This document shows, piece after piece, positions 26,101 through 39,240 of a stretch of DNA of 64,000 nucleotides. The stretch is from Laetmonice hystrix (Eukaryota), in NCBI GenBank assembly GCA_965235115.1, contig OZ249436.1, forward strand, positions 27,778,001-27,842,000, read 5' to 3'. The first letter of the stretch is position 1; each line of letters begins with the position of its first letter. The position numbers and the translations under genes are program-made. Under the pieces are notes generated by a model. It made no database searches and was not told the DNA's origin. It was given only the letters and a program-made list of their open reading frames with translations.

Positions 26101-26458
26101 GTGAGTGAGTGAGTGAGTAGTTGGTGTTTAACGCACAGTCAGCAGTATTTCAGCTATTTCAGGGCGAGAACAAGGTAACTAACCCAGTCGGTGAAATCCA
26201 TTGGGTGATAATGAGATGATAGGAGGAAACCTGGCATCGGGGCGAACCCCTACTCTTATCGATAGGTGCCAAGGGATCTTTAACGTGCCCCTCCACATAG
26301 ACGTATCGTGACACGGCCGGCCTTTGATAAAGCAGTCGGCAGCACTGCTTATGCAGGAAAGTCCGGCGCGGCCGCGGATCGAACCCAGAACCCTTGGATC
26401 AAAGGTCCCGTGCTCTAACCACTGCGCCACCCTGGTCTCCCCCCCCCCCCCCCCCCCC
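26101..26458 (-). mobile_element. tRNA-derived SINE (duplicated with the unit)
   Basis: Same sequence and TSD as 3278-3620. Confidence 0.85.
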
Positions 26459-27108
26459 ATGAGCATTAAACTCTCTGACGAGCGACGACCGAACAGTTTC
26501 AGTGAAAACTGAATAACTGAAGTCTGATCTTGTTTTAATGCATAATAAAGAAACGTAAGTGCCTAACTTTCCATTGCAGAACTATCATCTATACTGTACA
26601 TGAATAGTGTTGAATGAATTGTGTGGGGAAATTCTTCTACATCACTGCTGTTTACTTATACACTGAAAACTTTAGGTCGTCAAGGATTCGTCACATGCTT
26701 GTCAAAGTAACAAATTTAGCCTCGTCAAGGACACTGACACACTATTGACAAGGTCATTGTCACAAACTCGTCATAAAGTGCGTTGTAACTGCTTAGAATG
26801 TCGCTTACTTGACACGTGTTTTACACTTTCGTAACGGATGCCGACAGGAGTTAGGACACAAAAGAAGGTAAGCACTGCTTGCAGTAATCTAAATAATCTG
26901 GTATATAAATGGTGGTATATTGTGTCAGATTATCTGTATATCGTAGCAGAATGTTCTTTAGACTTGGGTGGGATGTTAATTTTTGTAAAGAATAGAAGGA
27001 TGCCCCTAAAATTTATTGATTGAAAATAGGCCTCTTGCAAAAAACCCGACAGTAAAGGCCTTTGTCTGGTATGACAGTTTTGGCGGGACGGAATAGGGGG
27101 AGGGCCTA

Positions 27109-29094
27109 AAGTGGTGTTTCCATTAACGCAGCTGCGGCCCGGCTGCGGCCCGGCGGGCACGGGTACGGCTGATATGGCACGTCGTTGTTTTTAAAGATCA
27201 TATTCCAAGCTTTTCTCATTATTTTAGGGTTTTCAGCATGCTGGCGATTAGGTATCCATGTATTATTACTGTTTTATCAGTTGCAAGCTCGGATAAATTG
27301 TTTTTATGTGATTTCTGAAAATATAACGCGTTCCGAAGAGGCCCGCATCGCAGCTGATTTTCACATGTACACCGCAATGTGGCAGTGTGACGTCAAAAGT
27401 GCCTGGGCTTGTTGTTGGAGCTGGAAACACACCCTGACACAGCTCGGAAAATGTCGAGTAACGATGAGACAGGCCTAGACGGTACGGTTGATCTGAGCTT
27501 ACATCTTCAGGGATATATGTATGGGCCAGGTAGGCCCCACAATCATGTACAAGAAGAGAACAATTTTTCTGAATCGAGTCAATCGACTGAGGACTCGACT
27601 GAAGAAGAGCCAGCACCCGATGCCCAAGCAGAAGATGCTGGGTCGGAGCTCGGGGAAGCTGGTGTCTCGGCTGCTGCTATAAAGGCAGAGTAACCATAGA
27701 GGACTACCAACTGTATTTCGATTATCTTGGATACTACAGGTTATTCTATAAGCTAGTCTAGTGCTTTTATCAGGTCTACGAGTACCAGGGAATCTCCCCT
27801 GGGACAGGGAGGGGTGTGACACACTGACCCCGCCGAGGGCTCAGCAGGCAGCAGTGACTGCTCGGTCCCCCGCTGACTGCTCCGTCCCACTACACACACA
27901 GGTGGTACGGGTGCCCTTCCCGGGCAGAAAACATGGGTGCATCCGCGCGGTATTTAATTCTAATATACATCAACAAATAACATTCCATCCTCATAATATG
28001 TTTACTGGTATGTAGTTTTCGGGGCCCTGCCTAAATAATTTACTATTGACCAGGCAAACGCCATGCAACCTGACAGACTGCGACAGCTGCATCCTGTATG
28101 ATGATAAGCTCTTACCTCGAGATTGTTTTCGTCTGGGTTTCGGATTCTTCTGTGCAAACGTCAAGATGGTTGGCACAGCATCCTTTTTCAAGTAGATTTT
28201 TTCAGGCTTGAAGCCAACTGACTTTAGAACTTGTGGATCAACTGAGAATGCATCCGCTGGAGTAAGATGTTGGTGTCCATGCCGCACGCTTACATTTCTC
28301 TATCCACACTTTGCGGAGCTTTGGATCCTCAGGAAATTTGAAAAAACTTCTTCCAGGGGACGACCTATTGCTGCAGCCAATTGCAGCACAACAAACCATC
28401 GCGGTAAACTCAAAAGTTTGTGGTAGAACGAAAAATAAACGAGGTAAGCGGGTGACAGCCAAGTAGAGCCAAGCATAAAGCCTATAGAGAACTAACTGAT
28501 GCCAGGGCGGCTGCTGCTGCTGGTGGCACATTTGACGTCATGACCCAGTTGCAATCTGAAACCCCCCAGATGGAGGTTGGAGGAATTTTTATGGCCCTGC
28601 TGGGTTATAAAAGTCGCTTTTACAGGAAACTTCTAAATGTAGCCAGACTGAAACAATCGGGGACTGTTACAATCAGGGTCAGAGTTTATAGTCATCTAGG
28701 TTTTAAAAGCTTGGAATATGATCTTTAAAGGTGCGGCCCGGCTGCGTCTCAATGCGGTTGGTATAGAGTCATAGGACAGCCACGTGCCGAATCGATAAGT
28801 TTTTCATTAAGTTTTTGGATATCTTGCTTGCTGATCACGTGAGGCATGGTGCCATCCATTTTTTGAGTGAAGAACATGCACGTGACCACCTAGGATCAAG
28901 GGGATCCCTCATGCGGGTCATCTGCGGCTGTGCTCGAATCGCTCCATGACGCGATCGGGAACAGCCGCATGCGACGCCCGTATGGGTCCCGTACGGAGAT
29001 CGCATTAATGGAAACACCTACATTAAAAACAACGACGTGCGATATCAGCCGTACCCGTGCCCGGACCGCAGCCGCGTTAATGGAAACACCGCTT
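27109..29094. mobile_element. Same MITE, third unit
   Basis: Same TIRs as 4271-6276. Confidence 0.7.
27195..28724 (-). mobile_element. Kolobok-like element, third unit
   Basis: Same TIR, TTAA and THAP remnant. Confidence 0.8.
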
Positions 29095-30085
29095 CACACT
29101 GATTAGGCCTGGGCTAGGGTTTATGGAATTCTTGGATCCGCACCTGGTTATAGCCTAATGTAGGGAGGGGGGATAATAATCGAGCCCTCCTCACATTTCA
29201 GTTCCATCACCCCTGTTAATAAGTCCCCTGTCTCCTTTTCTTGTAACCAGAACCTTCCCGGTCATTTTTTTCTGTTCTTTTAAAGTAATCTTCCAGTTTA
29301 CCAAAAAATTAGATAGCCTCCTCGAATTAACAGGGTCGGCCAAGATAAGTAAGGCCAGTTTCTTTAAATGACATGACAATTGAAGGTCCAGAACATATAC
29401 CGGTATTAACATTTTACTTGTGTATTTCAGGACTGAGAAAGCCGTGGAAGAACAAGCATGAGCAAATCGTGTGAAAAAAGCTGTAGAAGATCAGTGAGAG
29501 ACTGTCGATGTATTGCAGTAAAAAAGAACTATTTCTTCACATCTACTATACAGTTAGTGAACTAATATGGACGTGTTTAACGTGGGAGGAGGGTTCTTTG
29601 ATTTTATATTTCATGGAAAAAAAGAGTAGTGTGAGACTGTTGATGATGTCTTAAAGTTAAAAAGACAAACTGGCTATTTTATTAGTTATAAAGTATGTCC
29701 CAGCGTCAAAGCAGTGTATATGGAAAACGTGAAATATAGGCATTTTACTATCTACATCTGTCAAGTTGTTTGTTTTGTCTTAAAAACCTTTAAATAGTTT
29801 ATTTGAATGTTTTTCTTCTCAGTGTGTTGCAGACGTTTTTTTTTTCTTTTCAGACATTGGCATGGATAACAGGTCAATGATTTATGGAGTGCATCCAGTG
29901 TAGTTTTTGACAAGGTAGTGTTCTTGACGAGTTTTTGACAAGGTGACAAGTTAAAACTTGTTTTAGCCACCGTCAGATTGACAAGCCAAAACTTCTAAAA
30001 GTCTAAAAAAAAACTGGCATATGCTACTCTTATAATTTAGCAATACCATATTTTAACTTGTGTCTGTTTCCAAAGTAAAACCGCT

Positions 30086-33000
30086 CTATTTTTCAGCGTT
30101 ACGAATAGCCCAGGTCATAAAGTAGGTTTTCGAGGCGTCGACGTAACTAGAAGCGATGCCACTTCCATCTCTGGTGCGCACGGCCTGTAAGAAATGTTCC
30201 ACTTCCGTCATGTACGGGTCGTCATCCGGAAAGGTGAGCACTTCCTCCTCTTCACTCCCCGACCTGCGCACGCGCACGGTACAGGCGCTCGTGTACGGAT
30301 CGTCCAGAACCAATCGCATACCGTCCATTATCACCTCAACCTGGGCTTCGTATCTGTTTAAAGGAAGGTCAAACACGGCAATGGTCTGAAACTTTTGAAG
30401 AATACCTCTTATATGACCATCGTTTTCCAATATTATATAACAGTCATGAGTCTAAACTAGGTACAACTCTCATCATTTTCTTCCGAATAATGATCAAGAA
30501 AGCGGGGGAAAGGCGATAGTCTTTTTCAATTCAATGGTAATTGCGTGTATCTGATTTTCCCCGCAAATTTTACAAGGAAATATTTTAACATAGAGAAGAT
30601 ATCACGTCGTTTTGTTAAGTGCATGTATCTAGGCCGAACCCTTCTAAAAGTAGTCCACCAAATATTCCACCACGAATTTGAAACTTTAAGTTCTAGGCCC
30701 CTATATATTTGCATAATTTAAAGTAGGCCTGGATATGACCTGTAGGCAACAGGCGCGGATCCAGGAATTTTTGCAAGGGGGGGGGGGCGAAAGATGCGAG
30801 CCGCTGGAGGAGGGGGCAAAAAGTCTGGGGCCCTTCCCCGATAACATAGCAAAAACCTAAGTTGGTCCTGAGCAGGGGGGGGGGGGGGTCGGGGCCCCCT
30901 GGACCCCCCCCGGATCCGCGCCTGGGCAAATCGGTATGTCAAATCAGAGAACGAGGGGCGGATCCATGGGTTTGATAAAGGATTTGATTAAATCAGTACA
31001 CCGTTTCAAAAAAAATTCGAGTCGTAATGTAATGTCGTAAACCAACAACTACTTCTTGTCGTGTAGTGCAACAGTGTGAAGAAGACAGCCGACCCCGCCA
31101 CTTGTGAACCTCCACTGTGATACGGTAACTCGGGGAGCACGGGCAGAATCGGGAAGACCCACGTCACAGCCGGCCGGAACCTTAGGAAAGACAATATCTG
31201 ATCAAACCCAGCTATATATGACATTAAATGTAGTATAATACAGCTGGATTTATTTAGGCTGTATGCTTATATTCACTCCTGTCTTTTCAGTAACGAGTTT
31301 AGAAAAAAGAAAACTAGGAAGGGGGCGCGGAGGCCTTTCAAAGGAAGCAATTGTTAATCATGAAGATCAGCAGTGGTCTAAGACCCTACTCAAGTACGGA
31401 GGGTGCACAGGCAGCCCTTTGCCCACATTCTTATTCCATTATGGGCTATACTTTAACCAGTATTCGGTATTCGGGCTCTACCCTCACTATTCAAAGTTAT
31501 CTAATCCTGCATGGTATCCTTACCTTAGCCAAACTGCCAGCAGAACCTGCCCCTTCGTCTCGTACACAGACAGTTTGCACCGAATTATTGACGATATCTC
31601 CTGCCAGGTAGCGCGCAACGTCACACAGGTGAGTGGCCTGTTCTACAATCGGCCCACCACTGCATCGGATGTCCCACCTTAGAAACAAGAAACGCAAAGT
31701 TTGGAATACCTCACAATCATACGGGCGGTGGGGGGGGGGGGGGGGGGCTAATTCTATCAGGTTGCCATAAATTACCAATAATGATAAACGTGCAGAATAG
31801 CAGACCTTCGTTGTTGCCCCTGAAAATTAGCAGAAAATGAGGAGGGCGTGTCTTGCGTTAGAGCTTGACTCTTGACTTTGAAAAGGAGACGAAAACCAAC
31901 GACCTTACCAGTACGCGTTGTCTGAGTGTTCGTATGCGAAAATATAACGCGCGGTGAGAGCCATCACTTGCGAACCGTGCTGGTCAATCAGCTCCTTCAT
32001 CTTCCTCACGGCTGCATGATACCTAGGAACGTAGAATTGCAACCGGTGTCACATTTTGAAACTTCCACCATTTTTTGTAGAAGTTCCATGTTAATTTGAT
32101 ACTTTAATTCCCTGATGGATTGTGTAGGGTTCCCAGTGGATTAACGCTCAGAGTGTCGTTCTGAAGGTCCGCGAGGTTAACTCCTTTTAAACTCTGGAGA
32201 CTATTAGGCAAAATAGTGGTGAATGGGAGTAACTTTTACCACGAGATGATGTTTTTAAGTTGCCTCCTCCCCCCACAATAATCTTCGATCTCGAATGAAA
32301 AATGCATGTTTTTCCACACACCGTGAAAACCAAGGTCTCTTGTCCCCCATAATAATTTGCGGAATTGAAGCACGGAATTGATCCCCGGACCCACACCCAT
32401 TCTCATAGCGTAAAGTATCAACGTCCATACCCAGTCAGCCATCGCCACTTCCATAAACAAGGAAGCTTTGGTGGTCGCAGCAGCAGGTTAAACATACCAC
32501 TAGACCTATATGTGCACCTAACCTGAACATGTAGCCTACGGATACGATGACCCTAGTCTCTGCCTGAGCAGACATCATTGCCTCAACATACGCCTTGAAG
32601 TTGTCACCCTTGGCCAACGACAGTGGCTTCTCAACGAATACATGGACGCCCTTACGGACACATTGTAATTCGAGGTCTTTCCCATCTTCCAACGAACCTC
32701 TGCATGAATGAGTTTTCCTTGTTAGTATACAACGAGGCTTCAGTATGGCAGGCTAGCTAGGTCGCCAGCAGCTATAGCGACAATTATTTAGGCCATATCA
32801 CAACTGATGGTCATGACAAAGTTGCCAGTACTGCAGTAGATAAAGTGCTGCAGCCCGTATATATAGTGACCCTATTCTCCTCTTCCCAGCCTGAGCTTCT
32901 TAACAACGTACTAATAATAAAATCAAATGTGATAAGAAAAATTGCAATCCGTCAAAGAGGCTTGACCCTCAATACCGAATGCAGTCAATGGTCAATAAGA

Positions 33001-33306
33001 AACTTGGAAACTTTCTGACCTTACGAACGGAGGTGTGCCGATGATAACCACATCGGGCCTGCTGTGTTGAAGCAGGTCTTTGGTTGAGCTGTACACCTGA
33101 CAACCATCATATATCCTAGCATTGACCCCGGCCCTACGTCTGGTTAGTGCCATGTGGGCGACTTCCGTCAGAGGGTCGACGATTGCCACTATCTCCACAT
33201 TGGGTAGTTGTTCTAGACGAGAGGCGTGGTCCCAAGGCCCCTCACCGCCTCCAAAGTTCACCTTCCCGGCGCCTATAAACGCGACACGGAGGCAGCGCTC
33301 CGACAT
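30086..33306 (-). CDS. Oxidoreductase copy D, 6 exons
   Basis: Exons 33306-33020, 32699-32523, 32022-31909, 31677-31524, 31180-31053, 30353-30086. GT-AG introns and exon lengths conserved. Confidence 0.9.
30750..30924. mobile_element. Poly-G/C MITE (duplicate of 7925-8095)
   Basis: Same TIR and GGCAA TSD. Confidence 0.8.
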
Positions 33307-33744
33307 CGTCGTCTTACCTCGGAGGCTGTAGTTTCTGAAATGGGACTGCGCGGGCAACATGCGCGAAGTCTTAGGGACAACTGTGTCAAGTGCGTTATTC
33401 TCGGGTGATATCCGAGGTCCACAGATATGGTAAAGGTGACTTTGGCAGTTAAAAACGAGTCGAAAATAAAGGGACTTCTTTTCTGAAGGATGGGAGGAGT
33501 AGCATTATATGTTATATCAGGAATATTATTAAACTATATTGAAGAGTGGCGGATCTTTGTCAGTTCGTGCCTCCCTATACCGACCCGATCCAGCCCGCTG
33601 ACCAAGAACTTCGCCAAGGATAAGACACGAGGCTATGAGTCAATGAGAGTGACAGTGCATAATGCATAATAAAGAAAGGTAAGTGCCTAACTTTCTGTCG
33701 CTGAAGTATCATACTATAGCCTACATGAATAGTGTATCAAATAA

Positions 33745-36020
33745 TATTTTTTATTCAAATAAATCAGCTTATAATTACAGAGTCGATACAATTTTTTGGA
33801 GCTGGATGACAACCTTAGGCCTATATGACCTATGTCGGAGTCTACATCTCATTCTGGTTTACAAAAATAATTTTTTTAAGCGATGAGATCTATATCAAAA
33901 AAGCTGAATATTCAAATAAATTGGCGTGGAAAATGTATGAAACACAAATCTAAATAAACCATATCACTGAAATAAAGTAGTATGTATGAATAATATTATA
34001 GAATTAACAACGGCATAGGCAACAGTAGAAAACAGTAGAAAACTAATTATGAGAAAAATGTGAATATATAACGGTTGCCAATCAGGATTCTTCAGAAAGT
34101 AGAACATGCTTTACATGTCTTTAAAAACCTCAATACAACAGTTATTCTCAAAAAGTTCAGAGTATTCATTACCTAGACGAGGAAGCTGTACAAATCTTGA
34201 TTTCTCCATATATGAGGTTCTAAATTTAGGTATATGCCAATCATTATCCTGCCTAGTTTCTCGAAGTTTCATTTGTTTATTTTTCTGAAATAGAACTGAA
34301 AAGGTAGAGGGCAAAAATTCATTTCTAATTTTATAAATTAAAATTAGGATACTATATTTATACAGTAAATTTAAAGGTAGAATACCTAAAGATTTAGAAA
34401 GAGGAATTGTATGGTCTAACTAACCACTACCAGACAGTAACCTAATGATTTTTTCTGTAATAAAACTAATGGTGACAGTGCAGTATCCCCTGCAGACCCC
34501 CAAACTATTATACCATTTATGAGACATGGGTATATAAAGCTATAGTATAAATTTCTTAGGTTTTCCCTAGATATAGTTTTAACAAATTTTTTTATAATTG
34601 CAAAGTTTTTGCTGATTTTCAGAAAAATATAATTAATATGTGATTTCCAATTTAACTTTTCATCTATAATATATCCTAGAAACTTAATTTTATTAATTCT
34701 TTCAATTTGATGATTATTCATAACTGAAGATTTGCCAATAATAGGATCCGTTCCCTTTCTAGAAAATAAAATAAATTTAGACTTTTTTATGTTTAAGGTC
34801 AATATTACAAACTTTTTGTCTAAAGCTGTTTTGGTTTACATTACTAAAGACTCTTGAAACTTTACCATTTGTTGACTGACAATTTTCCATGCAACAAATA
34901 TCTGAGAATAATAAAAAGTGGTCACTGATATCCAGTGATATTACCCCAGACTCATATACAACTCTTATTTCTAACAAAAATATTATCAATTAATGTTTTG
35001 CTTCCAGCTTTGGACCATCTGGTAGGAACATTAATCATTGGAACATAATCATATTCTGCCAAGATATTCACAAATGTGCCTATTTGTTTATCTCTATGAC
35101 TATGAAGGAGATTTAAATTATAATCTCCGCAAATATATATTATGTCTTTACTCTCACCTAAAAATTCCAAAAATCTTGAAAATTCTTCCAAGAAAAGTTT
35201 TATGTCCCCACTTGGGGGTCAATACACCGAACCTACAATCATCCCTTGAGTTTTAACAAGAGTATCACTAGGAATCCTAATAAATATAGATTCGATATTT
35301 TCATTGTTAATCTTTAAAGCATCCAAGGTTATCACCGAAATATAAGGTCTGGTGTAAATAGACACACCTCCTCCTTTTTTCTTTCTGGACCTTACAGAGT
35401 GATGACCTTGAAAATTTCCAATGCTATACAGATCCAATGTAGTTGCATCAAGCCAAGTCTCTGATAAGGTAATAATTGGATATTGACTCAGAAATATTTC
35501 TAAATTTTCTAAGTTCTTTGGGACACTCCTAATATTTAATGACAGAATTTTTTGAGTTTGGTTGGAAGAATTTCTATCATTAAAATCTTCTGGTGTATAC
35601 GTAGCACATGAGATTTGAGTGTTAAAATGTAAATTATAGTCTGGGTCATAGGGTAAATGTTGTTTTGGGATTTCCAAAATATCCTCAAAAAATTCAAATA
35701 GTTCTTGGTTCCGCGACTGATTCCAATCTCCTTCAAAGTCCAGGGAATTAATTGGGAGAATTCTTTCTAAACATGACAGACACATGGCTGGATCAGTTAT
35801 ACAATCACAGACAAAATCTATGTGTAATCGTAAGAAAACACGTTCATTTCAAAGGCAAAATTGGACTCCAACTCTTCCATATCAATCATAAGTGCATAAT
35901 AGTATATATAAATAGATATGTATACAAAAAAAGACATCTGTTACCTTCTGGTGTAGAAAGAAGTGATAATATACCTAGGCTTATATATTATATAAGCCTA
36001 GGTAAGATCTCCGGAGTTAT
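33745..36020 (-). mobile_element. Decayed CR1-clade LINE ORF2 with the RT core deleted
   Basis: AP-endonuclease motifs LNIRS, LSETWL, GGGVSIY, CGDYN, PTR..TLIDNIF and ISDH. These join at ~34800 directly to post-RT motifs LNIKKSKFILF and IKFLGYIIDEKLNWKSHI. Stops and frameshifts present; outer boundaries approximate. Confidence 0.85.
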
Positions 36021-36374
36021 ATGAAAATGCAACTCCATATAAGATGGTAGGATGGGAAATGTCAGTTTCACATTCGTATAAACATCTTGAACCAATTGCA
36101 ATTGCAAATAATAACGCCAGGAATCAATTCCTCGTGTGAGATTTAGTGGAAAAAGTGCTATTATTCATGCTTTTATGACAAGGGAATCGAAACATCCAAT
36201 TTTAATGTGGTGACTGGCAGCCATTTTGGATTTCGCGCTTTACCGGAAGTAGCCGCCGTAGATTGCCAACAAGTTTTTTTTTGTATTATTTGGGACCTCC
36301 TAAAGATATCTAGGGGTCGCTTGCTTTCATCACAAAATTCCCACGGGATTACACATGCTCCCTGACTATAACCA

Positions 36375-37560
36375 TCGATAAGAAACTACAATTTAATGAT
36401 CATATTAAGAGTAATATTAAGAAAGCCAGCCATAAGGTATATATGTTATCACGAATCAGGAAATGTATTAACCAGAAAACTGCACTCATCATATTTAAAT
36501 CGATGATTTTCCCGTATCTAGAATATGGAAATATATTTAATGGGACATTACAGGTCGTGCGAAATAATGGTTTAAGAATTGCCCTTAACAAAAATGCCCG
36601 ATATATCGGGTGGATAAAAAAAACCGCTCCGAACTTTAAACTTTAATATTTCAAAAACTATGCATTATAATTCAATAATATCATGCAGCTGCCATGTGTC
36701 CAATTTGATACCTGTTTGATGCACCGCGTTGTACCTTGGGTAAAAACATTTTCAATATTTAGTTTTTGCATGTTTTACAATATGTATAATGTTGTGGACC
36801 ACTAGATATAATAAATTATGTGCTATTCCTAGTACTTCTAGAGAAAAACAGATGTTTAATGTGCCAAACCCTACAGAAAAACTGCAACATTAGGACGATA
36901 TGACTGTAACCAGAAGTTCAAGGGAAATCGTATCATTATCACGTTTAGCAACACATTCAGAACGTTGCATATTTCCCAATGGTGGGAAGATATTTCCTAT
37001 CAGAGACCAGGAAGTGCATTGGCTCATGGAAAAAGAGACTGAGAGCAGGATGAAGTGAAAACGGGGGACCGATTGACCACCTACTCGAGTGTGAGGCCAG
37101 GCACTCTGGGTGCAAAGTAGTTCTACACCTCGCTTTAGCACGGCATTGCGCTTTTGTACAATGATTTTTGTTTTTAGCGCCACGGAAATATTATCCAAGC
37201 TATTGACTTGTAACATAAACAACTAAGAGACAACATCATGACGTGATATGAAGAAAAATTTCATTGAATTACAATCATTACTTTTTGAAATATTGAAGTT
37301 TAAAGTTCGGGGCGTTTTTTTTTATCCACCCGATAGTACTGTTAACTTGCATATCGAAGCTAAGTTTTTGCCATGTAAATACCGACAATGGATAATGTTA
37401 CAAAAATTAACTTTAATGAGTTATGCAAGGATGAGTTAATGATTGATCACAGAGACGTGAGAACCAGATTACATGATAGTATATTGTTAACAGTACCTAT
37501 GCCCAAAACTGAACTGTTATGCTAGAGCTGTGCAGTGGAATAATTTACCGGTTTATTTAA
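36375..37560 (+). mobile_element. LINE (CR1/L2-like) ORF2 C-terminal fragment split by a MITE
   Basis: LSRIRKCINQKTALIIFKSMIFPYLEYGN is typical post-RT LINE sequence. It appears to continue after 37335. Confidence 0.55.
36604..37335. mobile_element. Tc1/mariner-like MITE
   Basis: ~53-bp TIRs tatcgggtggataaaaaaaaccgctccgaactttaaactt..atatttcaaaa and its reverse complement at 37283-37335, in a TA context. Confidence 0.75.
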
Positions 37561-39240
37561 ACCTACAGCAAAAGTTCCTCACTAACGTACCTTTAAAGAC
37601 CAGTAACACCATATAAAGTGTCTAAGGTCACACCGATAAGTGGAACACTGTCAACGGCGACTTTTAAAAAAAAAACCACCCGGCTCATTTGCTATTTCCC
37701 ACGAGAGACAGCGGGAGCTATATCTATTAATAGATTGAGATAAGGGCCAAATAGGGTAAACAAACCGACGAAGCCAGCGGGAGAATGTCTCTACATTTCG
37801 GTTGATTATTCCATTATTAAAGATCAGATAATCACAGAATTGTAGGTAAGAACAAGCTTGTTCATGCTGAACACCCTTATATTGATAGTTTGAACTTTTC
37901 TATTCCGTTTAAGATGTATTGTTGATAAGAATGAATTCAAACAAGAACTTAAGCTATATTACAGGCGAATGTTCTTTTTGGACAACAACATTGAAAGAGT
38001 CTACTGGTGATTGTTTATGTTTAATATAATTATTCATTATTATATTAATATATAGATCACACAGGGGTTCTAGCTTATTGTGAAATACCTTAATAGTCTA
38101 TTAGGACAAGGTCACGTGATCTGACCAACTATTACGCAGGTATTCTGGTCAGCCGGCTGTACCGAGGTTGTCACACCTGAGCCACCGACCACCACAGACG
38201 TGGTCAACAGATGGTCATTTGGCGGGGTTTTTTTCCTTTTCATTATTATTATTACATGTTATTTATAAGATTGTTAATAAAAGGGCTGGTTATTAAGTTG
38301 TCCTAACCGGCAAGTACGGCACTTCATTGTATGTTGATAGTATCCTATATTTATGTAGTAGTTATCAATGTTTAAGCATGCTGTATAGTTGTGAGACGTC
38401 ACGGGAAGGATGATGTATATTTACAGGACACCACATCTGTTACGGCATTTAAGCTGAGTGGTATTTTCCTGAATAAAGATGATTAACAAAAAAAACTGCT
38501 GTCTACTCATAGCATCACATTTTGTTGTTAAGTAGGTATTATGATAACCAATCAGTGCCATAAAATACAATTGGGACGCCAATGGTGAGGTGTTATTGGG
38601 AGGAAATAAAACTTGAGTTTCAAGTTCCGACAGAGGGCGCTGGACATCCAAGTTTGCCATTTTCACTGTAGGCCACCTGGTGGAGTAGACCTATGTGGCA
38701 TTCGGAAATAGCGGAAAGAGACGGACAGACAAAACAGACACACAACGAGACAGAGATAACATAAACCCGGCTGGGAATGGAATAATTGGTCTAAGTTGTA
38801 AATTAGACCCCACCCCCGGTGACTTTATCCTCTTTTCCCGCATTCGTACGTGAACAGGCATCTTTATGTGATTTAAGGTAAAAAAAATATGGTTATGACA
38901 TATAGTCAAATATACGGACAATATTATAACGTGCTTTTTGTTTGGCATTCCTGGCAACGGGACCTGTGGAGCACCTTTAAAGGCCCATAATTATGAACCT
39001 TTGGAAATAAAAACGCAAAAATGAAGCACACGATGGAATTACCAATATATTTGAAAAAGCAATGACAATAACATTAAATGAATTAATGTTGTTCGTGCAG
39101 ATAAGACAGGAAATCACACTGACAAATAGATACGTTTCTTTTTAATATAATGATTCAGTCTAAAAAACTGGCAGATGCTACTCTGATAATCTAGGAATAC
39201 CGTATTTTAACTTGTGTCTGTTTCTAAAAGTAGAACCGCT

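Larger units (their letters stand above)
1..31018. repeat. Recent tandem segmental triplication, unit ~8.29 kb
   Basis: Near-identical ORFs recur at offsets ~8285 and ~14540 (8.29 kb plus the 6.25-kb insertion). The same junction sequence occurs at 8189-8207 and 16474-16492. Confidence 0.95.
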
